From Vulcanimicrobiota bacterium (lineage in GTDB: Bacteria > Vulcanimicrobiota > Vulcanimicrobiia > Vulcanimicrobiales > Vulcanimicrobiaceae): a stretch of 64,000 bases of DNA. The notes beneath the pieces were generated by a model. That model was given only the letters and a program-made list of their open reading frames with translations, was not told where the DNA came from and ran no database searches. The position numbers and the translations under genes were made by a program. The stretch spans positions 768,001 through 832,000 of the forward strand of contig OY968762.1 of the NCBI GenBank assembly GCA_963695225.1, read 5' to 3'. Positions 59,125 to 64,000 of this stretch are shown here, piece by piece (position 1 is the stretch's first letter; every line of letters begins with the position of its first letter).

Positions 59125-59724
59125 TCACTTCGCGGATGCTTTTTCCAATTCGTCGATGATCTGATCGTTCAGGGTCGAGAGATTCTTCACCGTTATCGCA
59201 TGATAATCGCTCAGGCCCGGGTACGTTACGTCGACTTCCTTCTTCAGGTCGAGCCACGGCGTCCCGTTCCCGTCTCTGAACTTCGTCCGCAGGCCGAACG
59301 CCCAATCCGTCTGATGGCTGTGCGGTTCACCTTTGGCGGTCGCGCCGTAGTAGAGGCCCAGTTGCGCTCCGCTTGCCTTCACCGCATCGTCGACGTCCTT
59401 CGGGGCCTTGATCGTTACCTGAATGACCGTCGTCTCGACGTTGAAACGCTTCCCGAACTTCGTCGCGAAATCTTGAGCCGATTCCGAGACGCCTTGCGCG
59501 ATCGTCGCAAAATTGTCCGTCCACTTCGAGGAATCGTACACGACGGCAACGGGCTTACCACCCGCACGATCGTGGATCGAACCCGTGGATGCGGCAGGCG
59601 CCGAGGCGGCTGGAGACGCCGTCCCGGCCGCAGTCGCGCCGGGCGGCGCCGCGGCGAGCGCCGCGTTCTGCGTCACCGAGATGAATGCGCAGAGCGCAAG
59701 CGGGCCGATAGAGCGCCGGAGCAT
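59125..59724 (-). CDS. Exported hypothetical protein
   Basis: Signal peptide, Ala/Pro linker, small alpha/beta domain; start uncertain. Confidence 0.7.
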   Translation of the reverse strand: MLRRSIGPLALCAFISVTQNAALAAAPPGATAAGTASPAASAPAASTGSIHDRAGGKPVAVVYDSSKWTDNFATIAQGVSESAQDFATKFGKRFNVETTVIQVTIKAPKDVDDAVKASGAQLGLYYGATAKGEPHSHQTDWAFGLRTKFRDGNGTPWLDLKKEVDVTYPGLSDYHAITVKNLSTLNDQIIDELEKASAK

Positions 59725-59912
59725 CGATGAAACCGCGCGGCGAACGATGCACGCGGGAAGCGATATGCCGCTCAAGCCGTTCTCCTTTCAAGGCCGGGAA
59801 GCGAGCCGTTTACGGGGCGAGCGTTCGCGCTCCCGGCCATGCGTCCCGCCGCCGCCGCCGCCGCAAGGCCACAAGTCCCGGTAGGCCGTGTTGAATGTTC
59901 TGTCCGGATCTA

Positions 59913-61085
59913 CTACGGCGCAGGCGGTCCGTCGTCGCCGCGACTTTCCGCCGGCGCGAGGACGTCGCCGGCGGCGATCTGCAGCTTGTCTCCGCGCCAG
60001 TGCACGGAAGATCCGAAAAGTCCGCTCACCCACACGGCGAGGCCGAAGAAGTCGCGCGCGAGCGCGAGCCACGGCCCGGCAGGCTCGACGCCGAGGGCGC
60101 GCGAGGCGACGCGTTGTAACGCCATCCGCCCCGCCGACGCCAGGACCAGCAGCGCCGCTGCTCGCGCGCGATTCTGCGAGAGCGCGAGGTTGAAGACGGC
60201 GAGCGGCACGGGGTACGTGAGGAACATCCCCGCGTAGCCGGCGGGGCGCACGCCGCGAATCGTGCGGTGCCAGCGCAGTTCGTGCCGGAACAGCGCGGCG
60301 GTGCTCGGATCGGAGACGATCGTGTGCAGCACGTATTTCGAGAGCACGACGCGCAGCCCGCGCGCGGCGATCTCGTGCCCGAGCATGAAGTCGTCGGCGA
60401 GGTGCACTCCGAGCGCCTCGAAGCCGCCGATCGATTCCAGCACTTCCGCCCGCATCGCGTTCGTCGGTCCGAAGCCGTGCCGCAGCGGTCCGAACAAACC
60501 TTCGACCAGCGCCGACGGAATGAACTGGTCGTTGATGAACGCCGCGCCGAGTTTGGCGGCGGACGTCTCCTCTTGCGGGACTCCGGCGAAGAGGCACGTC
60601 ACGAGGCCGACCGCCGGATCCTCCAGCGGCGCGACGACTTCGCTCAGGTACGATGCATCGACGCGCGTATCGCTGTCGCACAAGACGAGCACGCCGTGCC
60701 GCGCGAGCCGCATCATCGAGATCACGTTCGCGAGCTTCGGATTCCGCGTCCCCGCGCGTTCGCCGATATCGATCTCGATGCACCGGCCGGGCAACGCCGC
60801 CGCCACGCGCCGAGCGATCGGCAAGGCGGCATCGTCCGCGCGCGCGACGCCGAGGACGACTTGATACTCGGGATAATCCTGGTCGGCGAGCGAGCGCAGG
60901 TTTTCTTCGAGCCCGGGCTCCGCGCCATGCAGCGGAATCAGCAGCGTCACCGGCGGACGCTGTTGCCCGCCCTCCGTTCCGCGCTGCGCGAAACGTGCGG
61001 CGCGCGCGATCGCGACGCCCGTATAGGCGATCGCCGCAATCGCCGCCGCCTCCGCGGCGGCCGCCACGACGCGTCGAACCTTCAC
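59913..61085 (-). CDS. hpnI: Bacteriohopanetetrol glucosamine biosynthesis glycosyltransferase (GT2/GT21-like)
   Basis: QDYP, NPKLAN, DSD, VGLVTC, LADDF, HELRWHRTIR; near hpnJ. Confidence 0.85.
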   Translation of the reverse strand: MKVRRVVAAAAEAAAIAAIAYTGVAIARAARFAQRGTEGGQQRPPVTLLIPLHGAEPGLEENLRSLADQDYPEYQVVLGVARADDAALPIARRVAAALPGRCIEIDIGERAGTRNPKLANVISMMRLARHGVLVLCDSDTRVDASYLSEVVAPLEDPAVGLVTCLFAGVPQEETSAAKLGAAFINDQFIPSALVEGLFGPLRHGFGPTNAMRAEVLESIGGFEALGVHLADDFMLGHEIAARGLRVVLSKYVLHTIVSDPSTAALFRHELRWHRTIRGVRPAGYAGMFLTYPVPLAVFNLALSQNRARAAALLVLASAGRMALQRVASRALGVEPAGPWLALARDFFGLAVWVSGLFGSSVHWRGDKLQIAAGDVLAPAESRGDDGPPAP

Positions 61086-61218
61086 TCCGTCCGAGATCCC
61101 GATGTCGCTTGCATGATCCGGGGGCAGGCTTCCGCGCCCCGCCGGGCCGGGCCCGCCGCCGCGGCGGGAACGACGCGCCGACGGGGCCCGAAGTGCGCGC
61201 CGCGAAGCCAGAGCGTCG

Positions 61219-62376
61219 ATGAAACCGAACTGGGCGATGCTGGCGACGACGTTCGTCTCCCGCGAACTCTACATTCCCACCCGAACTCGCGTGCGACAAT
61301 GGGGCGCCCTCCCCGGCGACCGCGGCCCGACCGTCCTCATCACGAACCACCAGCACGAGGACGAGGGCGAGACCGTCGTCAGGCGCACGTGGCTGCTCCA
61401 CCCGTGGAAGCCGATCGTGGTGGTCAATTCGCGCCGCACGTTCGAGAAGGGCTTCTTCGCGGCGCGCTTCCCGCGCACGGCGCCGTTCCTGCGCACCTTC
61501 AATCCCGGCGGATTCTTCGGCGGGCTCGCCGTCCTGCCGGTCGAGAACATGCTCTTCTCCCGTCCGTTCACGAGCCTCGCGCAGGAAATCCTCGACGCCC
61601 ACGGCGATCTGCCGCTCGAAGCGGTCTTGCCGGAAGATATTCTCGCTCGGCTCGACCTAACGGGAGCGCGCCTCGGCGAACTTTGGAGCGCGAATTGGTT
61701 CCTGCGGGCGCAGGCCGTCGTGAAGCTCTCGCAACTTCGCGAACCGTACCGCAGCGAAGCGATCGAGAACTGCCGCGCGACGGCCGCCCGCGACATCGCG
61801 GCTGTCGTCGAGCGGGTGCAAAACGGCGCGACGTTCTACGTGACGCCCGAAGGCGATTATAGCCGCACCGGGCGCATGCATCGCCTGCGGCGCGGCATCC
61901 TCGACGCCGTCCTCCCGGTCGCGGAAGCATGGCTGTGCGCGATCGCCTACGATCCCTTCCGCGGGCGGCGCCTCTCGATGCTCTACCGCATCCTGCAGCC
62001 GGCCGACCCGGCCGATCTCGATACGTCGCTCGCCGCGGCGCGCCCCGTCACGACGAGCGCGCTGCTCGCGCCGTTCCTGCTGGAAGCGAACGGCCCGTTC
62101 ACGCTCTCGGACGCCGTATGGGGCGTGCGCGAACGGCTGCACGCGTTACCCGGGAACGTGTTCGTCGATCCGGAACTGCGCGGCGCTCCCGCCGTCGTGG
62201 TCGGCGAGGCCGTCGCGAAGCTGACGAAGCACGGCACGCTCGCGCTCGAAGGCGAACGCTACCGGCTCACCGAGCACCGCGCGAATCCGCGCTTCCCGCA
62301 CATCGCCGACATGGTCTCGTTTCAAAGCAACATGCTCGACGAAACGATCGCCGCGGCGCGGCGCCTAAGCCCTTAG
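61219..62376 (+). CDS. Glycerolipid (PlsC/GPAT-like) acyltransferase family protein
   Basis: GPTVLITNHQHEDE (HX4D-type motif, here HX4E), YVTPEG..SRTG.M..LRRG. Confidence 0.7.
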   Translation: MKPNWAMLATTFVSRELYIPTRTRVRQWGALPGDRGPTVLITNHQHEDEGETVVRRTWLLHPWKPIVVVNSRRTFEKGFFAARFPRTAPFLRTFNPGGFFGGLAVLPVENMLFSRPFTSLAQEILDAHGDLPLEAVLPEDILARLDLTGARLGELWSANWFLRAQAVVKLSQLREPYRSEAIENCRATAARDIAAVVERVQNGATFYVTPEGDYSRTGRMHRLRRGILDAVLPVAEAWLCAIAYDPFRGRRLSMLYRILQPADPADLDTSLAAARPVTTSALLAPFLLEANGPFTLSDAVWGVRERLHALPGNVFVDPELRGAPAVVVGEAVAKLTKHGTLALEGERYRLTEHRANPRFPHIADMVSFQSNMLDETIAAARRLSP

Positions 62377-63230
62377 GCGACGAGACGCACTCCGGGCTCG
62401 GGCGACTTCCGCGGCGGCAACATCCGCAGGCCGAGCACCGCAGCCGTCGCCAGCGCGGGCACGATCTGCGGCTTGAGCAGCCGCGCATCGAAGCGCTCCA
62501 TCATCGCGCGGTGCTCGGCCAACGCGACCTCGAGGAAAGCCTGCGGCGTGACGCCCTCGAAGATCGCTTGCGAACCGCCGCTCGTGAGCTCGGCCAGGTT
62601 CGCGGTATCCTGCGCGCCCTGCGCCGTCCGCCGGATCGCGCGCACGTGATACCGGATGGCCCGCGCCGTCCGCGCGAACGCATTCGCGTGCCCGGCAAGC
62701 GCTTCTTCGTAGCGCCACCAATTGATGAAGAAGACGATGTGGCGCGCTTCCTCGTAGAGCACCTGCGAGAACACGTCGAGCAGTTGCTTCGGGAACAGCT
62801 GCTTCTGACGCGCCAGCGCGAAGCCGCCGAACCCGATGAACGAATCGGTGCATTCGCTGAAGCCGAAGACGAGGAAATCGTCGCGCGTGACGGCGTCGAG
62901 CGAAGGCGGCGTAACTCGGACCTCGATGCCGTAGCGTGAAAGCATGTGCGCTAAGAGGCGGCCGTGGCGCGCCTCCTCGTACGCTTGCAACGCGACGGCC
63001 TTGCGGATCGCCGGATCGCCGAGCGATTCCGCGAAGATCGCGAGCATCCGCCCCGCCTTCTGCTCCACGCCGAGCGCCAAACTCCAAAACGGGAAGCCGC
63101 GCAGGAGCTCGACGTGGCGCGGCTCGAGCTGCGGCCACGGGAGCGCTTCCGGCTCGAAGGGGAGGTGCGATTCGACGAACGCGCGACAGAACAAATCCCG
63201 GTGTTGGGGCGTTCCGGCGCGGATGCTCAT
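62373..63230 (-). CDS. Ferritin-like di-iron protein
   Basis: C-terminal part of ORF 62373..63842; ATG 63230 overlaps the hpnJ stop; two EEARH motifs plus Glu-bearing helices. Confidence 0.85.
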   Translation of the reverse strand: MSIRAGTPQHRDLFCRAFVESHLPFEPEALPWPQLEPRHVELLRGFPFWSLALGVEQKAGRMLAIFAESLGDPAIRKAVALQAYEEARHGRLLAHMLSRYGIEVRVTPPSLDAVTRDDFLVFGFSECTDSFIGFGGFALARQKQLFPKQLLDVFSQVLYEEARHIVFFINWWRYEEALAGHANAFARTARAIRYHVRAIRRTAQGAQDTANLAELTSGGSQAIFEGVTPQAFLEVALAEHRAMMERFDARLLKPQIVPALATAAVLGLRMLPPRKSPEPGVRLVA

Positions 63231-64000
63231 CCGGTAGCGGCCTCCCGCCGGCGTTCGCCGGCCTGCACTTTGCGATCGCGCAGGTAATCGAAGAACTCGC
63301 CGCCCTCGCGCAACCGGCGGACCAGCATCTGGCGGCTCGTGATCATCTCGCCGACGATCGAGGCGATCTTCTTCGGACGGAAATAGAACTCGCGGTACAT
63401 GCGCTCGACCGCGTCCTCGATCTCGGCGGTCGAAAGCGTGTCGTAGCGGAGCGTCGAGGTCTGGATCCCGCCGCCCGAAACCAAGTCGTCGCGGGCGAAC
63501 CAGCCGTTCGCCAAGGCTTGGTCGTAGAGTTCCGTCCCTGGATACGGCGAGGCGATCGAGACCTGGATCGTGTGCGGATCGAGTTCCTTCGCGAATTCGA
63601 TCGTCTCGCGGACCGTCTCCGGCGTATCGATCGGCAACCCGATGATGAACGCGCCGTGCACCTTGATGCCGAGCTTGTGGCAATCTTTCATGAACTGCCG
63701 CGCCATCTCGAGCTTGAGGCCCTTCTTGATGCGGTAAAGAATCTCTTGATTCCCCGATTCGAAGCCGACCAGCGCCACGCGCAAGCCGTTGTCGCGCAGG
63801 ATCTTCAGCGTGTCGTAATCGCAGTGCGCGCGCACGTTGCAAGCCCAGCTCAACTTCAGACGCTTCATGTGCTTGCTGAGCTCGATCGCGTACGCCTTAT
63901 CGTTCGTGAGCGTGTCGTCGTCGAACATGTACTCGCGCACCGTCGAGCCGAAGATCGCTTTCGCCTCGTCGAGATCGCGCCCGACGGCCGCCGGGCTCTT
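63227..64000 (-). CDS. hpnJ: Hopanoid biosynthesis radical SAM protein HpnJ (C-terminal part; the start lies beyond the window)
   Basis: FDDDT, WACN.RA, VGFESGNQ.IL..IKKG, HG.FIIGLP, TIQVSIASPYPGT, FYFRP...RRLREG.EFF. Confidence 0.9.
   Translation of the reverse strand, partial: KSPAAVGRDLDEAKAIFGSTVREYMFDDDTLTNDKAYAIELSKHMKRLKLSWACNVRAHCDYDTLKILRDNGLRVALVGFESGNQEILYRIKKGLKLEMARQFMKDCHKLGIKVHGAFIIGLPIDTPETVRETIEFAKELDPHTIQVSIASPYPGTELYDQALANGWFARDDLVSGGGIQTSTLRYDTLSTAEIEDAVERMYREFYFRPKKIASIVGEMITSRQMLVRRLREGGEFFDYLRDRKVQAGERRREAATG

Noticed and set aside
48106..59800. Prophage or integrative element at the tRNA genes
   Set aside because: No integrase or phage genes and no duplicated tRNA 3' end seen; the accessory-looking region lies on the 5' side of the tRNAs.

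Overview
GC-rich (about 70% by eye), densely coding bacterial chromosome segment with most genes on the minus strand. The gene content (fliW-csrA, a copper-amine-oxidase-like stalk protein, LolA/MsbA-like envelope proteins, hopanoid genes, short EF-Ts) suggests a diderm Terrabacteria lineage such as Eremiobacterota/Vulcanimicrobiota; this is an inference. 1-48 kb is mostly core: proS, a MacAB-type exporter, rpsB-tsf-pyrH-frr-(no uppS)-cdsA-dxr-rseP-ispG, fliW-csrA, molybdopterin genes, queG, a Pat-type acyl-CoA ligase/GNAT protein, phoU, amt, rsmD-coaD, recG, hisF-hisIE, tRNA-Gly and tRNA-Cys. 48-60 kb is accessory-looking and 60-64 kb is part of a hopanoid tailoring cluster. The best candidate for an uncharacterised system is a WYL regulator transcribed head-to-head (16 bp between start codons, apparently leaderless promoters) from a coupled YbjN-like / ADP-ribosylglycohydrolase / CX5R phosphatase / hydrolase operon. 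Other notable items: a thioredoxin fused to a family-5 solute-binding protein; a DUF2249-Crp regulator coupled to a Glu-His variant Amt; four DnaA boxes away from dnaA; an intact core-only IS256 DDE ORF; a mosaic palindrome cluster upstream of queG; a sigma28 promoter and an SD-sequestering GGA hairpin at fliW-csrA; a photolyase-family protein with substituted lesion-binding residues; and di-iron and acyltransferase genes between hpnJ and hpnI. All calls come from reading motifs by eye; no database searches were run.
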